A stretch of DNA of 24,000 nt from Bacillus sp. DJP31. GTDB lineage: Bacteria > Bacillota > Bacilli > Bacillales > SA4. Location of the stretch: positions 118,070 through 142,069 of the forward strand of contig NZ_JBMERO010000010.1 of assembly GCF_049310945.1 (NCBI RefSeq), in the 5' to 3' direction. The notes under the pieces were generated by a model that ran no database searches, was not told where the DNA came from, and saw only the letters and a program-made list of their open reading frames with translations. Within the stretch, counting starts at the first letter, position 1; every line of letters begins with the position of its first letter. Positions 1-8,702 of the stretch are shown one piece after another. Position numbers and translations under genes: made by a program.

Positions 1-777
1 GATAAAGACGTGAACGTGAATGCTCCTAAACTTTTTTCTGATACATTTGTTTTAATGTATTTAAGACATAAGTCCATTTTAGTTATGGCTGCAAGTAGCC
101 TAGCAATAGGTATTGTTACACGGCCTGATTGTGTAGCGTTTCATAAGGAAGTTCTTAAAGGAGCGGTTCTATTACAGGATCAAACGAGAGAGTTAATGTT
201 AAAGCTCGGAATCTATATCCGTCCTCCTTACATTTCAAGGCCAGACCGTGTAGATTTTGTTCAAAAGCAAAGCTTTTTGTCAGGTTTTATTGGAGAAATA
301 AGACCCTTGACATCCCTTGAAGTTACCCACTTATTCATAAACGTCCAAAAGAATGCTATTGGAAAGGCATTAATAATGGCCTTCGCTCAATGTGCGAAGA
401 ATGATGAAGTCATGAAATATTTTCTAAGAGGAAAAAAAATTGCTCATAAACATATGGACTTATTTAGTAATATTTTAAAAAACGATGATCTACCTGCACC
501 CATGAGTTGGGATACGGCTGTAACTGATTCTACATCTCCTCCTTTTTCAGACAAGCTTATGCTCTTTCACATTACTGCCATGATCGCAGCTGGTATTGGA
601 AACTACGGGGTTGCCATGGGAGCAAGCCCTAGAAGGGACATAGGTATGAAATATGCTTCACTTATTCCTGAAATTGCCCTATACGCAGAAGATGGGGCTA
701 ATATCATGATTAAGAATGGTTGGCTAGAAGAACCTCCTCAAACTGATAATCGAGAGAAACTTGCAAAGCAAAAATAA
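1..777 (+). CDS. DUF3231 family protein, 5'-truncated by the window edge
   Basis: The frame is open from base 1 (GAT AAA GAC GTG...) and the ORF ends at 777. The translation carries strings I recognise from Bacillus DUF3231 proteins: GIYIRPPYISRPDRVDFVQKQSFL, DDLPAPMSWD, SPFSDKLMLFH, GASPRRD, ALYAEDGANIM. Confidence 0.7.
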   Translation, partial: DKDVNVNAPKLFSDTFVLMYLRHKSILVMAASSLAIGIVTRPDCVAFHKEVLKGAVLLQDQTRELMLKLGIYIRPPYISRPDRVDFVQKQSFLSGFIGEIRPLTSLEVTHLFINVQKNAIGKALIMAFAQCAKNDEVMKYFLRGKKIAHKHMDLFSNILKNDDLPAPMSWDTAVTDSTSPPFSDKLMLFHITAMIAAGIGNYGVAMGASPRRDIGMKYASLIPEIALYAEDGANIMIKNGWLEEPPQTDNREKLAKQK

Positions 778-989
778 TAGCTAAGGTTATCCAATTTTTA
801 CAAAACGTATTGTTAAAATCACCCGGTCATACTACTTGTATGAGGGGGGCATTTCTACGCATGGAAATTATATTCAAATACAGTTCATTCCTTTTATCTG
901 GTCTTTGCTCAATTGGGCTAGCCGGACTACAATCATCAGACAAATTAAGACTTCTTCAAAAGATTACGTTTTCAAGATAAAAAAAATCG

Positions 990-1017
990 CACTCTTCAAT
1001 CGTGGAGAGTGTTTTTT
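990..1017. terminator. Rho-independent terminator, probably bidirectional
   Basis: Stem CACTCTTCA (990-998) pairs with TGGAGAGTG (1003-1011), 9 bp including one G-U, with a 4-nt loop ATCG. T6 follows at 1012-1017 and an A-run precedes at 978-986. It lies between the convergent DUF3231 (+) and GNAT (-) genes. Confidence 0.55.
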
Positions 1018-1042
1018 CAATTATGCTCTGTTAAATTTGAGT

Positions 1043-1100
1043 ATTGATTGCTGCGAGAGAACCATCGCCTTCCGCGTTCGTTTTGGGAGCCTCAACTCCT
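1043..1100 (-). repeat. Degenerate fragment of the intergenic repeat seen at 20755-20948, opposite orientation
   Basis: TTGATTGCTGCGAGAGAACCATCGCCTTCCGCGTTCG resembles the reverse complement of the 3' end of the 20755-20948 element (TTGATTTCCACTCAAGGATGCTTCGCTTTCCGCGGGGCGG). Shared blocks are TTGATT, TCGC-TTCCGCG and GAGCCTC. Aligned by eye only. Confidence 0.3.
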
Positions 1101-1138
1101 AACTAAAAGCAACAGTCTCTTAGAAAAGAACCTTCAAT

Positions 1139-1576
1139 TTAAAGGGAGTAGAAGTAGAAATAGCTCTCTTCACGTTTAAATCCAATTTTCTCGTAAAGAG
1201 CCTGCGCTTTAACGTTTTCATTTCCTGTTTCTAAAAGAATTCCTTTTGCAAATGTGTCTGTACCATAACCAATGGCTGCATCAATTAGGGCTTCACCTAC
1301 CCCTAATCTTCGAGCAGACTCTGAAACAAATAAATCATTTAGTATCCATGTTCTTTTCATACTCACCGATGAAAACATGGGAAAAAGCTGTGTAAATCCA
1401 ACCGGTTTGTCTTCATGGGTAGCTAGAAAAATAACAGATTCCTTGTTTTCGATTCTTTTCCTTAGGAACTCTTGAGCTCCAATTAGGTCAGACGCCTGCT
1501 TGTAAAACATGCGATATTGATTAAACAATTCAACAACTGAATCCAACTCATCCAGTGTTGCTATTATGATCTTCAT
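1139..1576 (-). CDS. GNAT family N-acetyltransferase
   Basis: The ORF track gives 1139..1648. I prefer the internal ATG at 1576 (MKIIIATLDEL...) because AAGGGGGAG lies 5 nt upstream. The acetyl-CoA motif RRLGVGEALI and the C-terminal LYEKIGF are GNAT-typical. Confidence 0.85.
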   Translation of the reverse strand: MKIIIATLDELDSVVELFNQYRMFYKQASDLIGAQEFLRKRIENKESVIFLATHEDKPVGFTQLFPMFSSVSMKRTWILNDLFVSESARRLGVGEALIDAAIGYGTDTFAKGILLETGNENVKAQALYEKIGFKREESYFYFYSL

Positions 1577-1744
1577 TTTGGTCTCCCCCTTAAAAAGGAA
1601 CTCGAAAGTGCATTTCTCCCTACATGTATCGTACTCATTTGACTCCATTCTTGTCTACCTAAATTGAAAACCATTTCTTTTTGTTACTTTTATCCTTATG
1701 CTTGGAGAAATTAGAGAATATGATATTTACAAGGGGGATTATCT

Positions 1745-2430
1745 GTGGAAATTGATTATGTCTTATTTCAAAAACTCATATTATCCTTAATACTTGGGGC
1801 TGCTGTGGGGTTAGAACGCGAATTGAAGAAGAAGCCTCTTGGGCTAAAGACGACCATTATTATCTCCGTGAGCTCATGCCTGCTAACAATTGTATCCATT
1901 CATGCTTCAGATTTATATGCTGTAGCTTATGAGAAACCGATGGATCTCTAAGACTTGCAGCTCAAATCATTTCAGGAGTCGGGTTTCTAGGTGCAGGTGC
2001 CATCCTAAGCCGAAATAATGATGTAATAAGTGGCTTAACCACAGCCGCCATGATTTGGGCAGCTGCTGGTTTAGGCATTACGGTAGGAGCAGGATTTTAC
2101 ATAGAAGCCATTAGTGCCATGCTACTCATGCTTATTGCAGTTGAAGGACTAAGCCCACTTCTAAAAAAAATCGGGCCTAAGACCTTACGTCAAAAAGAAA
2201 TTCGAGTGAAAATTGAAGTAATGAAGGAAATATCATTAAAGGAAACGTTCCAACATATTAGGGATCTGAAGATGACCATACAACGGGTCCGATTTAAGGA
2301 TGATCAAGAGAAGAACTACTGCCTTATTGATTTAGTCGTGACCATTCATCAAAATCGTTACACGTCAGATGTTTATGAAGACCTAAAAAATTTACAAGAA
2401 GTACATTCAATTGAGATCGAGCTGTTATAG
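1745..2430 (+). pseudogene. MgtC/SapB family membrane protein, split by a -1 frameshift near 1946
   Basis: GTG start at 1745 follows AAGGGGGA. Part 1 (1745..1951) ends ...EKPMDL*. In the other frame it continues directly as LRLAAQIISGVGFLGAGAILS...MIWAAAGLGITVGAGFY, the MgtC core. Restoring one base in GAT-C(C)T-CTA-AGA gives the family-typical MDPLRLAAQ. Confidence 0.8.
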
Positions 2431-2592
2431 GATAAATACCAGATCTTCATTTTTCAAGTATCAGTGAAAATGGAGCTTCTTTTTTTAATCCTAAAAATAC
2501 CACTGATATATCTCTTCTAGTTTGATAATATATCGATAATTTAACATTAAGAGGAGGAATTAAATGAGACTTGTTACTTTATTAATATTTAC

Positions 2593-3084
2593 ATGCACCC
2601 TATTACACAAAAATATGTTAGACGATCAGGTATGGCCCATGCTATATCAGTAGCTTACCACGCATTCAAATTGGCAGAGGAATATAACGTTCATCCTGAT
2701 TTGGCAGCAAAGGCTGGGTATCTTCACGATATTGGTCATTTTGAATGGTATTCAAACGGAGAGTGGGATTATCAGCTTTATCGTGACTATGAGATCTACC
2801 CCATTAAAGGTGCTGAACGAGCACATAAATTGCTAGTCCGCCTCGGCGAAGACAAACAAGTAGCAACAGAGATCGCACACGCTATCCTATTTCACACCGA
2901 CTCCACTCTTCCAAGTGGGAATTTCGAACTAAGTTTATTACAAAAAGGCATTCACCTAGCCGATGAAATGGACAAACAACAAAGTAACCTTCACCACTAC
3001 CGAAATATTGATGAACAAAAAGAGAGTTTACTCATTGAACAGCTTGACCAGAAAATCGAGAAGATGCAATATGTGGGAATGTAA
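2593..3084 (+). CDS. HD-domain phosphohydrolase; N-terminus probably disrupted (see finding)
   Basis: YLHDIGHFEW carries the HD motif and a later HTD is present. ATG 2593 has no RBS. The only strong RBS (GAGGAGG 2551-2557) serves an out-of-frame ATG at 2564. Confidence 0.75.
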   Translation: MHPITQKYVRRSGMAHAISVAYHAFKLAEEYNVHPDLAAKAGYLHDIGHFEWYSNGEWDYQLYRDYEIYPIKGAERAHKLLVRLGEDKQVATEIAHAILFHTDSTLPSGNFELSLLQKGIHLADEMDKQQSNLHHYRNIDEQKESLLIEQLDQKIEKMQYVGM

Positions 3085-3486
3085 ATATGAAGAAAAGGAT
3101 GTTACCAATACAATTGATCCTCTTATTACTTTCCTCCTTAATTATTTAAATAAAATTAGCCTTCAGCTGAAGCAGCTTCTAGTTACCCTATTGCGCTCAT
3201 TTTGCTCTTGATAGGAACCTCCGGAGGGATTAGGTGCCCGAATTGTGTCAGTTTTGCTCCTAAAGGGAACATAACGACTCATCGTATCCATTTTACCGTT
3301 GAGTCCCTTTCACAAATCCTTTAACAAGATAAACAGGATAGGTTTTTCTAAAAACACAGACACATATGAACAATTCTACTACCGAAATAATCAAAAATAA
3401 CTTTTTTCCTCTTTCTATACATTTTTAAGAATGATTAGTAGACATTATACCTATGCGGAAATTAATACAAAAAGTGAGGTTTGATA

Positions 3487-4155
3487 ATGGATTGGGATTT
3501 TGTTTGGAAAGCAATCGTTATTGTTCTTGTAGGTACATTTCTCTTAAGAATTGCAGGAAGAAAGACCATTTCACAAATGACCATTTCAGAAACAGTCATT
3601 CTGATCGCCATTGGTTCTTTAATGATTCAGCCTGTTTCAGGAAAAGATCTAGGGACCACCTTTTTGGTAGCTGGAGTACTTGTTGTCACTTTAGTTTTAT
3701 TGCAATTTTTACAAATGAAGTCTGATGGTTTTGAAAAGCTTATCACTGGAAAAGCAAAGATAGTAATTGAAAACGGAATTTTGAATGAAAAAAATTTAAA
3801 AAAAATTAGATTAAGCGTTGACCAACTTGAGATGAATTTAAGACAGAAAAATGTAACGAAAATTAGTGATGTGCAATATGCAACACTAGAGCCTAATGGA
3901 CAAATAGGTTTCACGTTAAAAAAAGAATCACAGCCTGTTACACAGAAAGAATTCCAAAAAATATCAGACGACATCCAACAACTACAACTAACATTGAATA
4001 ATTTTGCACTCAGTTACTCACAACCTGTTACATTACCTAAACAACTAGAAGATCAGTCAAACCCTCAACTTAAACAATCTACTAGTCAAGAAGATATATT
4101 TGCGGAGGTACTTCATAAGTCACATAAAGACACTCCACCTAAACACTTACAATAG
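3487..4155 (+). CDS. DUF421 (YetF-like) membrane protein
   Basis: The N-terminus MDWDFVWKAIVIVLVGTFLLRIAGRKTISQMT is the conserved YetF/DUF421 N-terminus. ATG 3487 is better spaced from GTGAGG (3474-3479) than the TTG at 3481 in the ORF track. Confidence 0.8.
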   Translation: MDWDFVWKAIVIVLVGTFLLRIAGRKTISQMTISETVILIAIGSLMIQPVSGKDLGTTFLVAGVLVVTLVLLQFLQMKSDGFEKLITGKAKIVIENGILNEKNLKKIRLSVDQLEMNLRQKNVTKISDVQYATLEPNGQIGFTLKKESQPVTQKEFQKISDDIQQLQLTLNNFALSYSQPVTLPKQLEDQSNPQLKQSTSQEDIFAEVLHKSHKDTPPKHLQ

Positions 4156-4263
4156 TCACAAGAGGATTTGGAGCTACCGTTGCTGTGTTGTTTCTCGGAC
4201 ATTCTTTCAGCCTTTGTTGACAATTTAGTAAATTAACCATTTTGCCTGAGATGCAGTATTTCC

Positions 4264-4365
4264 TCATGTAGCTCTTATACAACGTTTCAAATCAATCGGA
4301 ATCACAATTCGACCTAATTCATCATCTTTTCTAACCACACCTGTACAATTTGTTACTTTTTTCAT
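4264..4365 (-). pseudogene. AbrB/SpoVT-family DNA-binding domain remnant (33 codons, then broken)
   Basis: The minus strand reads ATG AAA AAA GTA ... = MKKVTNCTGVVRKDDELGRIVIPIDLKRCIRAT*. GVVRK-DELGRIVIPI-L-R matches the AbrB/Abh N-terminal swapped-hairpin motif. Downstream sequence only gives AbrB-like fragments (RKYCISGK..) in another frame. Confidence 0.45.
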
Positions 4366-4463
4366 TAATACTAAACCTTTTAAAATTTATGTAAGCTATG
4401 TTACAGAAAGAAATACTACCCTTTCGTAAGATGAGAGTAAGAATAAAATAGGGGGTGAAAAAA

Positions 4464-4883
4464 ATGAATAAATCTCTAAAGGCTGCAATCCTTGGTGGAA
4501 TTATTGGAGGAGTAATCTTTGGTATCATGATGCAAATGATGGGCATGATTCCGATGATTGCTATGATGGCTGGAAGTGAAAGTCTTGTTGTCGGGTGGCT
4601 CATTCATATGATTATTAGTATTATCTTTGCTGGTGGCTTTGTTATTTTTACTAAAATCGTGCGTAACCCTATCATAGCTACCATCACTTACGGAGTTATA
4701 TTATGGGTGATCGGACCATTACTAATCATGCCGATGATGTTAGGGATGGGTTCTATGATTAGTCATGCATTTGCACCGGACCAAATGATGAGCTTGCTAA
4801 CTCATATTTTCTTTACAGTTATTCTTGCTATTGTAAATAAGGTAATGAAAGGCAATACTATAAATACTCAAGTTTCAGCGTAA
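4464..4883 (+). CDS. Small integral membrane protein (about 4 TM helices), family not recognised
   Basis: ATG 4464 lies 6 nt after GGGGGTG, and the GTG at 4455 in the ORF track lies inside that RBS. The protein is Met/Gly/Ile-rich and hydrophobic, and the next gene starts 19 nt after its stop. Confidence 0.7.
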   Translation: MNKSLKAAILGGIIGGVIFGIMMQMMGMIPMIAMMAGSESLVVGWLIHMIISIIFAGGFVIFTKIVRNPIIATITYGVILWVIGPLLIMPMMLGMGSMISHAFAPDQMMSLLTHIFFTVILAIVNKVMKGNTINTQVSA

Positions 4884-4902
4884 TGGAAAGGATGATCACA
4901 AC

Positions 4903-5223
4903 ATGAGTAAAGAAATAAAGAGTTTCGTAGAATTTAAGAATTATATTGATTCATCTAAAGCTGTTGTAATCAAATTTTATGCAGATTGGTGCCCGGATTG
5001 CAAGAGGATGGATAACTTTATGGAAGAAGTTTTAGAAGGATTTGATTCTATTCCAATGTATAATTTAAATAAAGATCAGTTTGAACAGATTTCTTCTGAA
5101 AACGATGTGATGGGTATACCAAGCTTACTTGTTTTTAAAGAAGGTAAGAAAATAGGGCATCTACACAGTGCTAATGCAAAAACGCCTGACCCAGTAACCG
5201 AATTTTTATCTACGTTTTTTTAG
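4903..5223 (+). CDS. Thioredoxin-family protein (WCPDC active site)
   Basis: KFYADWCPDCKRM active-site context, cis-Pro region GIPSLLVF, 106 aa. RBS GGAAAGGA lies upstream of ATG 4903. Confidence 0.85.
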   Translation: MSKEIKSFVEFKNYIDSSKAVVIKFYADWCPDCKRMDNFMEEVLEGFDSIPMYNLNKDQFEQISSENDVMGIPSLLVFKEGKKIGHLHSANAKTPDPVTEFLSTFF

Positions 5224-5243
5224 TTGGGAAAGGTCACATACTA

Positions 5244-6368
5244 TTGTATGTGGCTTTCTTATTAGTAAATGAGGTGTATACAATAAAAACTGTAATATTA
5301 ATTGGAGCAGGCCATGCTCATTTATATTGTCTGAAAATGGTAGAAAAGGCAAACCTAAATGATATAAAATTTATACTCATATCCCCCTCTCCATACCAAT
5401 ATTATTCAGGAATGTTTTCAGGTTACACAGAGGGAATTTATTCAATTGATGACATTAGGATAGATGTAAGACAACTTTCTAAACATTCCTCATTTGAATT
5501 TGTAGAGGACCATGTTATTAAAGTATCTCCAGTAAGCAAATATGTTGAATGTTCAAAAGGACACAACATTCAGTTTGATGTTATCTCATTTGATATTGGT
5601 TCAATTGGCGAAAAACCATCAAGCTTCTCTAAAGAGATTTTTCCAATTAAGCCAACCTACATGTTTTCAGATAGTGTAAATCTGCTAAGAGAAAAAGAGA
5701 ATCCAATTATAGTCGGTGGGGGAGCATCAGGATTTGAATTGGCACTTGCCATTAAAGCATTTCAATTAACGCAACGAAAATTGAATGCAACCGTTACATT
5801 AGTGTCTTCAAAGCAATTATTGAGCGGCTATAATGACAAGATCTCAAAAACCACAAAGGAGATTGCAATAAGAAAAGGTGTTATCATCCATGAGAATGAA
5901 CCTGTAATTGATGTATTTGACAGTAAAATTATTACTAAATCCGGATTAACATTATCATATGACGGCCTTCTATGGCTCACTGGACCTAAAGCACCATTGC
6001 TTTTTAAACATTCTAATTTAACGGTTAATGAAACAGGGTACTTAGTTACAAATAGATTTCTACAAAGCGTACAATACCCATATATTTTTGGTGCAGGTGA
6101 TTGTGTATCTTTAGTAGAATATCCCACCCTCCCTAAAAATGGAGTGAACGCTATTAGACAAAGTCCTATTTTGTGGAGAAATATTTTAAGCTATTTGAAG
6201 GAAATGCTTCTAGTACCTTTCCAACCACAAAAAAATTACTTATCCATCCTTTCGACTGGACAAAAACAAGGTCTTTTACTATATAATAACTTTTATTTTC
6301 ATCATAAAAGCGCTTGGTTACTTAAAAATAGAATTGATCGCCGCTTTATTCGAAAATATAAAAAGTAA
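5244..6368 (+). CDS. FAD-dependent pyridine-nucleotide-disulfide-type oxidoreductase, resembles the 'N-terminal-to-SelD' family (TIGR03169, from memory)
   Basis: Rossmann start VILIGAGHAHL, then LISPSPYQYYSGMFSGYTEG, a second GGGASGFELA, GAGDC, LPKNGVNAIRQSPILWRNI and a C-terminal KNRIDRRFIRKY. The start is uncertain: TTG 5244, or in-frame GTG 5250/5274. The Rossmann fold would normally begin within about 10 aa of the start. Confidence 0.75.
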   Translation: MYVAFLLVNEVYTIKTVILIGAGHAHLYCLKMVEKANLNDIKFILISPSPYQYYSGMFSGYTEGIYSIDDIRIDVRQLSKHSSFEFVEDHVIKVSPVSKYVECSKGHNIQFDVISFDIGSIGEKPSSFSKEIFPIKPTYMFSDSVNLLREKENPIIVGGGASGFELALAIKAFQLTQRKLNATVTLVSSKQLLSGYNDKISKTTKEIAIRKGVIIHENEPVIDVFDSKIITKSGLTLSYDGLLWLTGPKAPLLFKHSNLTVNETGYLVTNRFLQSVQYPYIFGAGDCVSLVEYPTLPKNGVNAIRQSPILWRNILSYLKEMLLVPFQPQKNYLSILSTGQKQGLLLYNNFYFHHKSAWLLKNRIDRRFIRKYKK

Positions 6369-6469
6369 GGTTTTTTTACATAAGCCATCACTCCTACTTA
6401 AGTGCCACTTAAAGCTTTGAAACGATTATTTAATTAGTATATGTTTATCTATCAAATATGAGGTGCTTC

Positions 6470-7564
6470 ATGTCTATCTTTAGTATCGTCTTTTTCGGAG
6501 TATGTCTGTTTACTGCAACAAAGATTGTCAATCAATTAAACTTACAACACTTTTTTATTTCCATACCTTATACTGCAACATTCTTGTTAATACCAATTTC
6601 TTATATCTTGTATCACTTCTTTAATTTTGAACTTACATTACCATTTTTTCTAGAACGTCTTGCTGTAACAATCTTTTTATTTTCAATTGGATTCCAAATT
6701 GCAACTATTATTAACAAAAAATACTTCATAAGAGTTTTCGTTTTATCCATTATTAGTATTTTAATTATCGTGGTTCTAAATCTTATATCATTACCTTTTC
6801 CAGAGGATCTTCAAATTTTAGTTGGTTCTGCAATGTTTGCGTATAGTCCCTTTATAATGGAATATGTCACTTCGAACATATATACAGATTTCCTGATGTA
6901 CTGGAGCTCCATACAAATGGTTATCGTGTTCATAAGCACACCCATTTTCCTATTCGTTTCAAATAGAGTTCTAAAGAATAAAGACAATAAGAACCTTCAA
7001 CAAGAGTATTTACCTCTTACTTTGACAAGGCTACATTTTTTTGTAATAACAGTTTCGTTCCTATTTGTCTTTTTAACCATGAGACTTCATTCTTTAAACG
7101 TTTTATTTTTACATGATTTTGTATTTGGACTTCTTGCAGGATTTTTCTTAGGATACATCCTTAAACGTAGATCCTTACAAACTGAAAAAGCCACTAAACT
7201 TCATCAGTTAGGTAGCCTTGGGCTTTATCTATTTATTATGTCATCTATTAACCATTTTGCTTTTGTAAACCATGAACTATTTAACTGGTCTATTTTATTT
7301 CTAATGGTAATGAAAACAATACTGGTTGGGTTTTTAAGCTTATTCGTAATGATCTATTTCTTTAAATCCCTATCACTCCAAGAAAAGCTTGTCGCCACTG
7401 TTGCAGGTTGGACATTCGTCTTAAGCTCCCCTGTTGTTTGCATGCATGGGATGAGGACCGTTGTTAATAAGCTTGGCCCCGCACCCTATGTATTATTAAT
7501 TATCCCACCTATTATTTTGTGGATAGTTAATTATTTTCATATATTGATAATTTATTTATTCTAA
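6470..7564 (+). CDS. Polytopic membrane protein, distant GltS (Na+/glutamate symporter, ESS family)-like
   Basis: About 10 hydrophobic segments. The C-terminal MRTVVNKLGPAPYVLLIIPPI...VNYF aligns by eye with E. coli GltS MQAITERFGPSHMAFLVVPMVGAFFIDIVN. ATG 6470 follows GAGGTG (6460-6465) and is preferred over ATG 6458. Confidence 0.55.
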   Translation: MSIFSIVFFGVCLFTATKIVNQLNLQHFFISIPYTATFLLIPISYILYHFFNFELTLPFFLERLAVTIFLFSIGFQIATIINKKYFIRVFVLSIISILIIVVLNLISLPFPEDLQILVGSAMFAYSPFIMEYVTSNIYTDFLMYWSSIQMVIVFISTPIFLFVSNRVLKNKDNKNLQQEYLPLTLTRLHFFVITVSFLFVFLTMRLHSLNVLFLHDFVFGLLAGFFLGYILKRRSLQTEKATKLHQLGSLGLYLFIMSSINHFAFVNHELFNWSILFLMVMKTILVGFLSLFVMIYFFKSLSLQEKLVATVAGWTFVLSSPVVCMHGMRTVVNKLGPAPYVLLIIPPIILWIVNYFHILIIYLF

Positions 7565-7608
7565 ACCTTTTTGACTTGGTACAGTTCAATGTTGATAGCA
7601 CAGAAAGA

Positions 7609-8361
7609 CTATCTTTTAGTAATAGCAATTTCTAATCCTTTTGCTATAATTTCTCGATTTTGAGCGATTTTTATACTTAATTGATTAGCCCCTTCACTAG
7701 CCGATGTTATTTCTTTTGTAATAGAAGATAATTCATTTTTATCTTCTGTTACTTTGTGAACAGATTCGTGAATATGATTAAACAGTCGCTCTGTTTTCTT
7801 TATCTTCTCGATACCAGTTGAAGTTTTCTCATGACTAACTTTAGAAACATTAGCTATTATGTTGATCTCTGACAAAATATTCTCGACCGATGTTTTTGCT
7901 TTTTTAGTGGATTCAGAACTCTCTATAGATAATTTTCTAATTTCTTGAGCAACTACATTAAAGCCACGACCCGCAGTTCCTGCTCTAGCAGCCTCAATTG
8001 ATGCATTTAAAGCTAATAGGTTTGTTTGAGAAGAAATTCGCTCCAGTGTCTTTATCATTTCAGTAATTCCTTTTGATTGCTCGATTAAAACCGAAACTTT
8101 GGATAACATTTCAACAGACTCTGTCTGAATTAACTCCATTTCTTTCACTGTTTCTAAAATTGAATTCTTACCCTCTTGTGCAAAACTTTCTGCCTCATTA
8201 ACTTGAAGACTTACCTTGTTAGTTAAGAACGATAATTTTTCTGATAATTCTACAATGAAATGAGCAGAACTTAAAAATTGTTGCATTTGCCTCTTTTGAA
8301 GTTCCATCGTCTTTTTGGCATCAATTAATTCTTTTTCTACTTGGAAATTATTTGAAATCAT
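7609..8361 (-). CDS. Soluble methyl-accepting chemotaxis protein (signalling domain only)
   Basis: Highly conserved MCP hairpin-tip motif [32 protein letters not shown]. At 250 aa it has no TM segment, HAMP or sensor domain visible. Confidence 0.85.
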   Translation of the reverse strand: MISNNFQVEKELIDAKKTMELQKRQMQQFLSSAHFIVELSEKLSFLTNKVSLQVNEAESFAQEGKNSILETVKEMELIQTESVEMLSKVSVLIEQSKGITEMIKTLERISSQTNLLALNASIEAARAGTAGRGFNVVAQEIRKLSIESSESTKKAKTSVENILSEINIIANVSKVSHEKTSTGIEKIKKTERLFNHIHESVHKVTEDKNELSSITKEITSASEGANQLSIKIAQNREIIAKGLEIAITKR

Positions 8362-8374
8362 GTCATTCGCTCCT

Positions 8375-8599
8375 CTATATAAACGTTGATTGTAATTGAT
8401 CCCATTTTAATACTTCGCCATTTTTTGTATTTATCAAAACAGGCGCAATCACTTCATCTACTAATCTAATAAGTTCTGATCTTGCTTCTACATCGTGTAG
8501 AACATTTTTTTCTATATATAAAATTTCGTTATTTTCCAATATTTTTTTTACACTAAAGCATCTTAAGCATCCATCTATTGTATATAATGTATAGTCCAT
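8375..8599 (-). CDS. Glutaredoxin/NrdH-like small redox protein (CLRC)
   Basis: 74 aa. The N-terminal beta-strand [16 protein letters not shown] carries a CxxC motif, and the rest follows a thioredoxin-fold pattern (..IAPVLIN..GEVL). RBS GGAGG lies upstream. It stops 13 nt before the MCP start, so the two are probably co-transcribed. Confidence 0.65.
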   Translation of the reverse strand: MDYTLYTIDGCLRCFSVKKILENNEILYIEKNVLHDVEARSELIRLVDEVIAPVLINTKNGEVLKWDQLQSTFI

Positions 8600-8702
8600 A
8601 ACTCTACCTCCTGTTTATTATATCTTATCCTTAATCCCTTTATGAAGTCAGTAAGATAAATTACAAGTTTTATTCGTAAAATGCTTTATAATATAAAATA
8701 AA

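Noticed and set aside
836-1102. 88-aa ORF between the DUF3231 and GNAT genes
   Set aside because: It has no RBS, spans a terminator hairpin (990-1017) and a degenerate repeat fragment, and its composition is not protein-like. Likely spurious.
1272-1475. 67-aa ORF antisense to the GNAT gene
   Set aside because: It is fully embedded antisense in a well-supported CDS, with no RBS and no recognisable motifs.
2440-2510. Possible terminator after the MgtC gene (CATTTTTC..GAAAATG, T-run at 2481-2489; outer ATCAGTG..CACTGAT)
   Set aside because: The stems are imperfect and AT-rich, and the T-run is separated from the stem by 8 nt. This is not convincing enough to annotate.
2963-3211. 82-aa ORF overlapping the 3' end of the HD gene
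   Set aside because: It is an out-of-frame overlap with a supported CDS, with no RBS and low-complexity sequence.
3453-3974. ORFs 3453..3725 (+) and 3627..3974 (-) overlapping the DUF421 gene
   Set aside because: They are alternative-frame and antisense shadows of a CDS with a clear family match.
4331-4603. 90-aa minus-strand ORF across the membrane-protein gene start
   Set aside because: It is antisense to the supported plus-strand membrane protein, and its Ile/Pro-rich sequence is typical of an antisense shadow. Only its extreme 3' region overlaps the separate AbrB-like stub, which is in a different frame.
5828-6127. 99-aa ORF antisense to the FAD oxidoreductase, and similar antisense or out-of-frame ORFs at 8899..9102, 10031..10216, 11439..11627, 11830..12195, 12915..13166, 13657..14022, 16732..16929, 18875..19369, 22667..22852 and 23742..23975
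   Set aside because: All lie inside better-supported genes on the opposite strand or in another frame. They lack RBS and family motifs, and AT-rich genomes generate such shadows.
6396-6414. Near-palindrome CTTAAGTG-C-CACTTAAAG after the FAD oxidoreductase gene as a terminator
   Set aside because: The loop is too small for an RNA hairpin and no T-tract follows.
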